A DNA stretch of 64,000 nucleotides from positions 64,001 through 128,000 of IMG/VR virus record IMGVR_UViG_3300025769_012879; one strand, 5' to 3'. The stretch is from a virus. The position numbers were made by a program, and so were the translations under genes. The notes below the pieces were generated by a model, which did no database searches, had not been told where the DNA came from, and was given only the letters and a program-made list of their open reading frames with translations. Below are positions 40,626-49,079 of the stretch, piece after piece (position 1 is the stretch's first letter; every line of letters starts with the position of its first letter).

Positions 40626-42299
40626 ATGAAAATTAATGTTCAAAAAATAATATCCTACACAGAACCTTCAGAAGTTAATGAAGAGAATACTAAATTAGAT
40701 ATTGAATCTGTAGAACCTGGGTCTGAGACTGCACCATTGTATGAATATAAAAGTGAATACAAGAAGCAAGTCAATGAACAAAATTATCCTGTTGGGGTTA
40801 CCAAAAAGTTTAACCAAAAGAAACTTAATTTAAATTTCAACTTTTTTAAAACAAAAGAAGCAGCAATTAAATATCTGGATGGACTTGATGAATATGCTGG
40901 ATATAAAATTATTTATGTCAAAGGTCCTATGCCAATTGACGCCAGCAACCCTGATAGCACTAAAGTTTGGAAATTTAAAATTGAATATCCAATTAACCCA
41001 CCATTAAATCTATACAATGGGATAGACCTTCTTTATAAAGATCTTTTTTATGGAAAATTAAATAACAAAAACAATGTTATAAAATTTAAAAATGATGAAA
41101 AATTATTAAAGCAGTTTAATGGGACATCTTTCAAGGCAATAAACTTTGTTCATGACGCTGCCGTAGAACTTTTAAAGCAGTATAACCAACAAAGAAAAAC
41201 TCATCCAAAAAGTATATTAAACAATATACAAATAACTAAAGCATATACAAAAAGTATAGATTATAAGAATTATTTAAAAATATTAAATCAACAGTTTTTC
41301 AATGAAGTTTTAAATCCAATTAAAAATACAAAAAAGATTTCAAATTTTGATAATTTTTTACTTTTATTTCACCAATGGATGAAAACAAAGGGAGGACCTG
41401 TAACAGAGTCTTCCTTTTATAAAAGTTTTTATAACAACATTTATGCTACTGGATTAGCATTTGATGTTTATGAAATTACTAGCGAAGAGGAAAAAGAACA
41501 GATATTAAATGATCCAAGATATTCAACTTTATATTATCTTGCAAAAATGAATGGGTTTAGAATTGATCCAAACTATCCAACGAGACTCGTAGCAGATATA
41601 AAATCAGAAAAGATGTTGGACTTATATGCAAAAAAATATTTTGAAGAACAAGATATAGAAAAAATACCACCTTTAATATATAAAAATTATTTTGACTTGG
41701 TTGAATTCTCTTTTTCCTCTAAAGATTCAATTTCTTTATTCTTATTAAATTTAATAAACTTTTACAATAACTTTGTTGACAAATATTTGTACTCGATAGA
41801 TTTTACAGCATCTGCTGATATAAGTCAAAACTATAAAAAGAAGTTTGCAACCAATAAAGTATTAAGAAGAAAATTTGATGCCAACGATTTGGTGGTTGAA
41901 AGGGTTGATGGTAATTTTACTTTAAATAAAAAATATTTGAAGACTTATGTTGATTTTAGATTATATGAAGAATCAATAAATTTACCACAAAAACAATATG
42001 AACATTTAATTGATAAAATGATGACTTTGATAAGTGTGTTTGATTCAAAAAGTTTTATAAGCACAACTAATTTTTCTGAGAAACTTTTAACTTCAGTGCA
42101 GGCAATAAATTATTTAGAGAATTTTATTAATAGTAAAAAGAATCCAGACTCTGACAAGGTTGATTTTGCTTATGTTTTTGGTTTAGCGAAAGAAAAACTC
42201 TTGACATCTGGTGAGGACTTTAGTAATCTTGTACAGCAAGACGAAGAAGGGAACATATTCTCTGTTTCGCCGGTTGATATTAGCACAGACTTTTCTTAA
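40626..42299 (+). CDS. hypothetical protein (probably virion-associated)
   Basis: Long, very AT-rich ORF at the end of the tail module. Confidence 0.55.
   Translation: MKINVQKIISYTEPSEVNEENTKLDIESVEPGSETAPLYEYKSEYKKQVNEQNYPVGVTKKFNQKKLNLNFNFFKTKEAAIKYLDGLDEYAGYKIIYVKGPMPIDASNPDSTKVWKFKIEYPINPPLNLYNGIDLLYKDLFYGKLNNKNNVIKFKNDEKLLKQFNGTSFKAINFVHDAAVELLKQYNQQRKTHPKSILNNIQITKAYTKSIDYKNYLKILNQQFFNEVLNPIKNTKKISNFDNFLLLFHQWMKTKGGPVTESSFYKSFYNNIYATGLAFDVYEITSEEEKEQILNDPRYSTLYYLAKMNGFRIDPNYPTRLVADIKSEKMLDLYAKKYFEEQDIEKIPPLIYKNYFDLVEFSFSSKDSISLFLLNLINFYNNFVDKYLYSIDFTASADISQNYKKKFATNKVLRRKFDANDLVVERVDGNFTLNKKYLKTYVDFRLYEESINLPQKQYEHLIDKMMTLISVFDSKSFISTTNFSEKLLTSVQAINYLENFINSKKNPDSDKVDFAYVFGLAKEKLLTSGEDFSNLVQQDEEGNIFSVSPVDISTDFS
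42201..42229 (+). promoter_or_regulatory. sigma70-type promoter for the replication block
   Basis: TTGACA-N17-TAATCT. Confidence 0.65.
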
Positions 42300-42306
42300 G
42301 GACTAA

Positions 42307-43494
42307 ATGTTTTTCTCAAAAATTGATTCAAAAAATAACTGCAAGAGCATCTATGCAGATGATAAAGTATTCTCAGATTATGACGAGGATATGAAGTATA
42401 CTTGGACTTATCAAGAAGATCTACCACAGGACGTTAAGTTTGTAAAACTGTTCTGCGGTGGTAAAGATTACTTGGAACTGCTCCCAAAGCGTGATGCAGA
42501 TGAATACAAATCACTTGAGAACAAGATTAAGAACACTCTCAAGTCATACAGTGTGTGTGGGTATGACCCTCGTGGATATTGTTTGGATGAGTTGGTGGGC
42601 AAGACCTTCATTGAAGATTTTTTCAATCTCAAGAATAAAGCGATGGAACTTGCAGTAAAGAACTTCCCAGAACCAAAGAATTATGCTCAGTTGGAAAAGA
42701 TTGAGCGTTTAGTTCATTCTATTTCAAAACGTCAGTTGAACTTAGACCTTACCAACGTTTATACGGCAGCGAACGACAACCGTATCAAGAAGATCATCAA
42801 GAGGTACTCAAGTAGTCCCGCCTTTATCCACTACAACACCTTCGGGACCGTTACGGGGCGGTTATCTACTACCCCCTCTTCATTTCCCATCCTTACCTTA
42901 AACAAAGAATATCGCACTATGATTACACCAAATAATGGTGTTTTTGTCGAGTTCGATTATAATGCCTTTGAATTACGTGTTCTAACCGCCCTGCTTGGGC
43001 GTGAGCAACCGAAAGGGGATATCCACGACTGGAACATCAAGAATATCTTTAAGGACGGTACAAGTCGTTCTGAGGCGAAACAGAGGATTTTTGCTTGGTT
43101 ATATAATCCCAACTCCAACGACAAACTTTTATCTGAGAAGTACGACCGGGAGGGTCTGTTGAAAAAATATTTTTCTGATGGTAAGATTGTGACCGACTTT
43201 GACCGTGAGATTGAGGCAGATGATTATCATGCACTTAACTATCTAATCCAAAGTACGGCATCTGACTTGTTTTTGGAGCAGGTATATAAGGTATTCAAAA
43301 TTTTAGAAGACAATAACGCTAAATCTTATGTATCGATGCTTATTCATGATAGTATGATCTTAGATTTTGATAGAATGGATTACAAATTGCTGAATCAAAT
43401 CAAGGATGCTTTCAAGCAGACAAGATATGGTGACTTCAAACTAAATATTCAGGTCGGAAGGACATTAGGAGATCTAAGCGCAGAATGGAAGTAA
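42307..43494 (+). CDS. polA: compact family A DNA polymerase
   Basis: TVTGRLS; motif A FDYNAFELRVL; motif B RSEAKQRIFAWLY; NYLIQSTASD; motif C IHDS. Confidence 0.85.
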   Translation: MFFSKIDSKNNCKSIYADDKVFSDYDEDMKYTWTYQEDLPQDVKFVKLFCGGKDYLELLPKRDADEYKSLENKIKNTLKSYSVCGYDPRGYCLDELVGKTFIEDFFNLKNKAMELAVKNFPEPKNYAQLEKIERLVHSISKRQLNLDLTNVYTAANDNRIKKIIKRYSSSPAFIHYNTFGTVTGRLSTTPSSFPILTLNKEYRTMITPNNGVFVEFDYNAFELRVLTALLGREQPKGDIHDWNIKNIFKDGTSRSEAKQRIFAWLYNPNSNDKLLSEKYDREGLLKKYFSDGKIVTDFDREIEADDYHALNYLIQSTASDLFLEQVYKVFKILEDNNAKSYVSMLIHDSMILDFDRMDYKLLNQIKDAFKQTRYGDFKLNIQVGRTLGDLSAEWK

Positions 43495-44330
43495 TTGGTA
43501 TTGGCAATGCAGGTCGTGAGATTTGTAAAATATTTGAGCAAAAAGGGTATAAAACATACTCTATTGATAATCACAGCGATGCTTTTGTAAAGTTTCCTAA
43601 AGTAAAGACGATTGAGGAGGCAGAAAAGGTTGAAATTGACCTTTCAGAGTTAAAAAATAATATAAAATCGGACCATATTCTGTGTGTAATGGCAGGATCT
43701 GGTCTTATAACAGGTGCTTGCCTTAGAATTTTAGAGAATTTCAGAGATAAGAAGATTGATTTTCTTTATATTCAACCTGACACATCATTTATGAACAATA
43801 ATGGCAAGACAAGAGAGCGAGTTGTAAGGAATATTCTACAAGAGTTTGCCCGTTCAGGGTTATTCAACAAAATGTGGATGGTTTCCAACAAAAGTATTGC
43901 TAACCTCTCGTCAGATATATCGATTGGCAACTATTTTGAGAAGGTCAACGAGAAAGTAGTTGACATGTGGCACCTGATGGAGTATTATAGTCAGGCAACT
44001 GCGTTGATGGGGAACTTGGAAGAACCACAAGAGCAGAATAGGATAGCAACTTTTGGTCTGTATAGTTTGAACGACGAAACAGAGCAGAAGTTCTATGAAC
44101 TGGAAGGAGTGAGAGAAAAACACTTTTACTTTACTTTTAGTGAAGAAACATTGAAAGAAACAGGCAATGTTTTAGAATTAGTATCTCGTAAATTGGAAAA
44201 AGCGCAAGAAAATGAATTTCAGGAAGTATCTTACGGATTTTTCCCATCGGGATATACTGTTGACAAAGTGTACATAATGTACTATACTAATCATATACAA
44301 AGCGAGGCAGGAAAATCACCTGTCTTATAA
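43485..44330 (+). CDS. divergent tubulin/FtsZ-like (PhuZ-like) protein
   Basis: VIGIGNAG T1 loop; AGSGLITGA degenerate signature; YIQP; WMVSN. Confidence 0.65.
   Translation: MEVIGIGNAGREICKIFEQKGYKTYSIDNHSDAFVKFPKVKTIEEAEKVEIDLSELKNNIKSDHILCVMAGSGLITGACLRILENFRDKKIDFLYIQPDTSFMNNNGKTRERVVRNILQEFARSGLFNKMWMVSNKSIANLSSDISIGNYFEKVNEKVVDMWHLMEYYSQATALMGNLEEPQEQNRIATFGLYSLNDETEQKFYELEGVREKHFYFTFSEETLKETGNVLELVSRKLEKAQENEFQEVSYGFFPSGYTVDKVYIMYYTNHIQSEAGKSPVL
44260..44288 (+). promoter_or_regulatory. sigma70-type promoter for SSB
   Basis: TTGACA-N17-TATACT. Confidence 0.75.
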
Positions 44331-44345
44331 AAAGGAGAAAATAAT

Positions 44346-45086
44346 ATGGCTATTGATTTGAGTAAAATGCGTGCGAAACTTGCTGCTTCAGAGGGCAAGG
44401 GCGGTGGTTCTAGTAAGAACCTTTTCTGGAAACCAACTGATGGCGAGAGTGTCATTCGTATTGTTCCAGATGCAGACGGAGACCCCTTCAAGGAGTATTG
44501 GTTCCATTATAATGTTGCTAATGCCCCAGGTTTCCTATCACCTAAGAAGAATTTTGGTGAGGAGGATGTGCTAGATAAGTATGTTCGCAAGTTGTTCAAC
44601 GATGGTACAGAGGAGAGTCGCGAGGAAGCGAAGAAGTTGATGGCAAAGCAGCGTTTCTTTTCCCCTGTAATTGTTCGTGGCGAAGAGGAGAAGGGTGTTC
44701 GTCTTTGGGGTTACTCCAAGACTGTTTACCAGAAGTTGCTACAGTTGGTTCTAAACCCAGAGTACGGTGATATCACTGATCCAGAGGAGGGTACTGACCT
44801 AACTATTAATTACGGTAAGAAGGCAGGACAGATGTTCCCAAGCACTGACATCTTCCCAGCACGTCGCACCTCACCTCTACACAGTGATCGCAACATCGCT
44901 AAGGATCTTGTTGATACTGACATCGATTATGATAATGTCTTTAGCAAGAAGACCCCAGATGAGGTTCAGCAGTTGTTGGAGCAGCACCTATCAGGTGATA
45001 CCGATGACAGCACTGGTACTGTTCAGTATGCACAGACCACCGATGATGCAGCAGACCAAGCATTTAAGTCCTTGCTTTCTGCGTAA
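44346..45086 (+). CDS. single-stranded DNA-binding protein (gp32-like)
   Basis: FWKP, IRIVP, YGDITDP..G.DL; acidic C-terminal tail. Confidence 0.85.
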   Translation: MAIDLSKMRAKLAASEGKGGGSSKNLFWKPTDGESVIRIVPDADGDPFKEYWFHYNVANAPGFLSPKKNFGEEDVLDKYVRKLFNDGTEESREEAKKLMAKQRFFSPVIVRGEEEKGVRLWGYSKTVYQKLLQLVLNPEYGDITDPEEGTDLTINYGKKAGQMFPSTDIFPARRTSPLHSDRNIAKDLVDTDIDYDNVFSKKTPDEVQQLLEQHLSGDTDDSTGTVQYAQTTDDAADQAFKSLLSA

Positions 45087-45100
45087 GATAGTGCTATAAT
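45072..45100 (+). promoter_or_regulatory. sigma70 extended -10 promoter for recA
   Basis: TTGCTT-N17-TATAAT with TG extension. Confidence 0.55.
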
Positions 45101-45133
45101 GGGCGAGGGGGCAAGTCCCCCTCGCCTTATTCT
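45101..45133 (+). terminator. GC-rich hairpin between ssb and recA
   Basis: GGCGAGGGGG-CAAGT-CCCCCTCGCC followed by TTATTCT. Confidence 0.7.
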
Positions 45134-45144
45134 ATGGAGACAAA

Positions 45145-46254
45145 ATGGCAAAAACAAAAAGCGGCAAGTTGTCTATTGCCGATATGAAAAAGTTGATAAA
45201 CAAGAAAGCAGGCGTTGACGTTGCTTTTTCTTTATCAGATGATAACCCAACAGAGGTAAACCAGTTTATCCCGACTGGTTGTAGATGGCTTGATGGTATT
45301 ATCAAGCGTGGTGATTGGGGTGGTATTCCTGTAGGTAAGGTTAGTGAGATTGCTGGTTTAGAAGCAACTGGTAAATCTTATATGGCAGCACAGATTGCAG
45401 GCAATGCTCAAAGAATGGGAATTGATGTTGTTTATTTCGATTCAGAGAACTCTATTGATCCTGGTTTCTTGGAGAATGCTGGGTGTGATATTGAAAGATT
45501 GCTTTATGTTCAGGCAAGTTCAGTAGAGTTTGTATTGGAAACTATTGAGAGTTTATTGGCAAACAACGATAGTCAGATGCTTTTCATCTGGGATAGTATG
45601 GCACTTACACCATCTGTTTCTGATATTGAGTCGGACTTCAACCCACTCTCTACGATGGCGGTAAAACCTCGTATTCTTTCTAAGGGTATGTCTAAGTTGA
45701 TTCAGCCGATTGCAAATACAAAGTCAACTTTGCTTATTCTAAATCAGTTGAAGACCAACATTACAAGGAATACAGCAGAAGCACTCACAACTCCTTACTT
45801 TACTCCAGGTGGTAAGGCACTTGCTTATTCCTACTCTTTGCGTATCTGGTTAACAGCACGTAAGGGCAAGTCATCTTTCATCTTTGATGATAAGGGATTT
45901 AGAATTGGTACAGAGGTCAAGGCAAAGATTGAGAAGTCACGCTTTGGAACTCAAGGTCGAAACTGCGCTTTCAAGATTTTGTGGGCAGGTGAGCAAGTCA
46001 AGATCATGGACAAGGAAAGTTGGTTTGAGGCAATCAAGTCATCTGATAAACTAACAAATGCAGGTGCTTGGTTTACTTTACATCATGATGATGGAACGCA
46101 AGATAAGTTCCAATCGAAACAGTGGTTGGAAAAGTTGGAAAATGAAAAATTTTATAACACAGTACAGAAGTTGTTAGAAGAAGAAGTAGTAATGAAGTTT
46201 GACAAGCGTATTGGCGATTCAAGCGATTTTTATGAGGATAAGGAGGAGAAGTAA
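45145..46254 (+). CDS. recA: RecA/UvsX recombinase
   Basis: GLEATGKS Walker A, IWDS, LNQL, TPGGKAL. Confidence 0.92.
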   Translation: MAKTKSGKLSIADMKKLINKKAGVDVAFSLSDDNPTEVNQFIPTGCRWLDGIIKRGDWGGIPVGKVSEIAGLEATGKSYMAAQIAGNAQRMGIDVVYFDSENSIDPGFLENAGCDIERLLYVQASSVEFVLETIESLLANNDSQMLFIWDSMALTPSVSDIESDFNPLSTMAVKPRILSKGMSKLIQPIANTKSTLLILNQLKTNITRNTAEALTTPYFTPGGKALAYSYSLRIWLTARKGKSSFIFDDKGFRIGTEVKAKIEKSRFGTQGRNCAFKILWAGEQVKIMDKESWFEAIKSSDKLTNAGAWFTLHHDDGTQDKFQSKQWLEKLENEKFYNTVQKLLEEEVVMKFDKRIGDSSDFYEDKEEK

Positions 46255-46391
46255 TGAACCCATCTAAAAAGGGCGCACGTAAGAAGATAAGCAGAAAAAA
46301 GACAAATCAAGGAAACGGAACTTTCAGTAAGAAGTTCCACAACAAGCGATCAAAAACATACAAGAAGCGATACAGAGGACAAGGGAAATGA
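46254..46391 (+). CDS. small highly basic protein ending KKRYRGQGK (not in the ORF track)
   Basis: 45 aa; TAATG and ATGA overlaps on both sides; SD AGGAGG. Confidence 0.75.
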   Translation: MNPSKKGARKKISRKKTNQGNGTFSKKFHNKRSKTYKKRYRGQGK

Positions 46392-47347
46392 CAGAGAGAT
46401 CTCTAATAATTGACGGCACAAATATATTCTACAGAGCATATGTAGTAAATCCATCTTTATCTAACAGCGGTTTACCCGTTGGCGGGTTGGTTGGTTTTTT
46501 AAAGTCATTACAAAAACTTATTAGAGAGATGAAACCAACTAAGGTTTTCGTTTGTTGGGATGGGGCAGGCGGGTCTTCACGACGAAGGTCCGTTGTGTCC
46601 TCATACAAGGAAGGTAGAAAGGCAATTAGGTTGAATAGATCTACAGGTGTTTCACTTTCTTTGGAAGAGGAAAACCAAAGCAAGTTACGTCAGATAATGC
46701 GTTTATTTGAGTATCTTGATAATTTACCTCTCATTCAGTTGATGCACGATGGTGTTGAGGCAGATGACATGATTTCTATTTTGTGTCAGGAGTTGAGAGG
46801 CGAGCAAAAAATAATTGTTTCAAGCGATAAAGATTTTTATCAATTGTTGGATGATGAGACAATTATTTATCGTCCAGTGCAAGCAGTATTCAAAACTAAA
46901 AAGGATATTGTGGAGGAGTTTCAGATTCATCCAAACAACTTTGCCCTAGCAAGAGCGGTTAGTGGTGATAAGAGTGATAATTTACAAGGTGTTAAAGGTG
47001 CAGGGTTGAAGACCCTAGCAAAGCGTTTCCCCTTTTTGGTAGAGGAAAAAGATTATAGTTTGACTGATTTGGTTGATGCGTGTGAGGAAACAGAGAACAA
47101 GTTAAAGATCCATGAAGGCATTCTTGACAACTACGACAAGATCCTAAAGAACTACAAGATTATGCAACTATACGTCCCGAATGTTTCATTCCAGGTGAGA
47201 GATATAGTAAAGAATGCAAAAGAGAACTATTCAAGATATTACAATAAAACAGAGATTGTTAAGATGATGTTTACGGATGGTTTCCCACAGATCAGTTGGA
47301 CAGACCTTTTTGCTCACTCAAACAGGATTGCTTCCATAAAGGACTAA
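46388..47347 (+). CDS. 5'-3' exonuclease / flap endonuclease (T4 RNase H-like)
   Basis: IIDGTN, WDG, YKEGR, EADD, SSDKDFYQL, GDKSDNLQGVKGAG. Confidence 0.92.
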   Translation: MTERSLIIDGTNIFYRAYVVNPSLSNSGLPVGGLVGFLKSLQKLIREMKPTKVFVCWDGAGGSSRRRSVVSSYKEGRKAIRLNRSTGVSLSLEEENQSKLRQIMRLFEYLDNLPLIQLMHDGVEADDMISILCQELRGEQKIIVSSDKDFYQLLDDETIIYRPVQAVFKTKKDIVEEFQIHPNNFALARAVSGDKSDNLQGVKGAGLKTLAKRFPFLVEEKDYSLTDLVDACEETENKLKIHEGILDNYDKILKNYKIMQLYVPNVSFQVRDIVKNAKENYSRYYNKTEIVKMMFTDGFPQISWTDLFAHSNRIASIKD

Positions 47348-47367
47348 TTATATTCGGAGGTTTTGAG

Positions 47368-47643
47368 ATGAAAAATTTCAAAGAAATGGTATATAAAAAT
47401 CTTTTTGAGGCAAAGCACAATAAGATGAATGAGCAGGAAAATAAAACTCCTGATAAATTCCAGGTTGGAACTAGAGTAGTTCACACACCAACAGGCGATC
47501 ATGGCGAAGTAATGGAGCGTGATCTTGGTGGTCCACAAGTTCTAGTAAAGTTTGATAATGATGGTGAAAAATCAGTAAGTCATATAGATCTAGAATTAGA
47601 AACAGTAAAATCAGAAGATCCTGCTGACTATTCAGCAAATTAA
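47368..47643 (+). CDS. small SH3-like protein, putative late/internal head protein
   Basis: Late motif ACTAATTAT 47343, SD GGAGG; FQVGTRVVH...G.V....VLVKFD. Confidence 0.65.
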   Translation: MKNFKEMVYKNLFEAKHNKMNEQENKTPDKFQVGTRVVHTPTGDHGEVMERDLGGPQVLVKFDNDGEKSVSHIDLELETVKSEDPADYSAN

Positions 47644-47649
47644 TATCAC

Positions 47650-47678
47650 TTGACATCAATAACCATTCTTGCTATAGT
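47650..47678 (+). promoter_or_regulatory. sigma70-type promoter for helicase
   Basis: TTGACA-N17-TATAGT with TG extension. Confidence 0.75.
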
Positions 47679-47702
47679 GGTAGACCCAACAAAAGGTGAT
47701 CT

Positions 47703-49079
47703 ATGCGTACAAGCGAGAAGGTGGACTTTTCAAAGTTCGGTAATATGTTTCAAGAGAATCTTGCCAAACTTATCCTTATGGATAGGGCATACTCTGACCA
47801 GATTGGCGAGGTCCTTGAAACTGAGTATTTTGAAACGAAATATTTGAAAAGGTTCACAAATCTAATTTATCAATATAAAGAAAAGTATGAGGTTCATCCG
47901 TCGATGAACCTCATGGCGTCTCTAATCAATACAGAGATGGACAAGGAAGACGACTTGGTAATCAAGCAAGTTCGTGATTTCCTTATTCGTATTCACTCAG
48001 ACCCAGCAGTGCAGGGCGAGGAATACATCAAAGATACTGCTTTGGACTTTTGTAAGAAGCAGAAACTAAAAGAAGCAATCGTAAAATCAGTTCGTCTTTT
48101 GGAGAAATCTTCATTTGACGAGATTAGTGATTTGATTAACGAAGCACTCAAGTTAGGTCAGTCAAATGATTTTGGTTATCATTATATTAAAGATTTTGAG
48201 AAGCGATTTGAGGTAAAGGTTCGTAGTCCTATGACAACAGGATGGAAGACCTTTGATGACCTAATGCAAGGTGGACTTGGTGCTGGCGAACTTGGTGTTG
48301 CTATGGCAGGTACTGGAGCAGGAAAGAGTCATATTCTTGTACACTTAGGTGCTCAAGCATTGAAAGAAAAGAAAACTGTGGTACACTATACTCTGGAACT
48401 TTCCGAGACAGTTGTTGCTCGACGGTATGATTCATGTATCACAGGTGTAAAACTAAAAGACCTAAATGTATTCAAGGATAATATTCTGGAAGTTGTAAAA
48501 GATATTGAGGGGACTTTGATTGTAAAAGAGTATCCAACTCGATCTATCTCAACAACAGCAATTAAGAATCACCTTTCTAAATTGAAGATGCGTGGTGTTG
48601 AACCAGATATTATTATTGTTGATTATGCAGATTTGATCAACCCAAAAAAGAGTTATGGCGAAAAACGACACGATTTAGAATCAATTTATGAGGAATTACG
48701 AGGAATTGCGCAAGAGCATAAATGCCCAATTTGGACCGTTTCTCAGACGAATAGGACAGGGTACAACGCAGAACTTGTCACAATGGAGTCAATTTCGGAG
48801 GCTTTTTCCAAATGTTTTGTTGCCGACTTCATATTTACTCTATCCCGAACTACCGAGGATAAAAACAACAATACAGGAAGGTTCTTTGTGGCTAAAAATC
48901 GTTTCGGTCCAGACGGCTTAATTTACCCAGTCAAGATGGATACAAGTAATGTAAAGATTTCTGTTGAGCAGAATTCTATTGATCCGTCCGCTGTTGGCAA
49001 GAACGCTGCAAAAGAACAAAAAGATATGTTGAGACAAAAATATAAGGAATTGCAACAAGAAATGAAAGGAGATAAATAA
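47703..49079 (+). CDS. DnaB-like replicative helicase (gp41-like)
   Basis: AGTGAGKS, YTLEL, IIVDYAD, SQTNR, AKNRFG. Confidence 0.92.
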   Translation: MRTSEKVDFSKFGNMFQENLAKLILMDRAYSDQIGEVLETEYFETKYLKRFTNLIYQYKEKYEVHPSMNLMASLINTEMDKEDDLVIKQVRDFLIRIHSDPAVQGEEYIKDTALDFCKKQKLKEAIVKSVRLLEKSSFDEISDLINEALKLGQSNDFGYHYIKDFEKRFEVKVRSPMTTGWKTFDDLMQGGLGAGELGVAMAGTGAGKSHILVHLGAQALKEKKTVVHYTLELSETVVARRYDSCITGVKLKDLNVFKDNILEVVKDIEGTLIVKEYPTRSISTTAIKNHLSKLKMRGVEPDIIIVDYADLINPKKSYGEKRHDLESIYEELRGIAQEHKCPIWTVSQTNRTGYNAELVTMESISEAFSKCFVADFIFTLSRTTEDKNNNTGRFFVAKNRFGPDGLIYPVKMDTSNVKISVEQNSIDPSAVGKNAAKEQKDMLRQKYKELQQEMKGDK

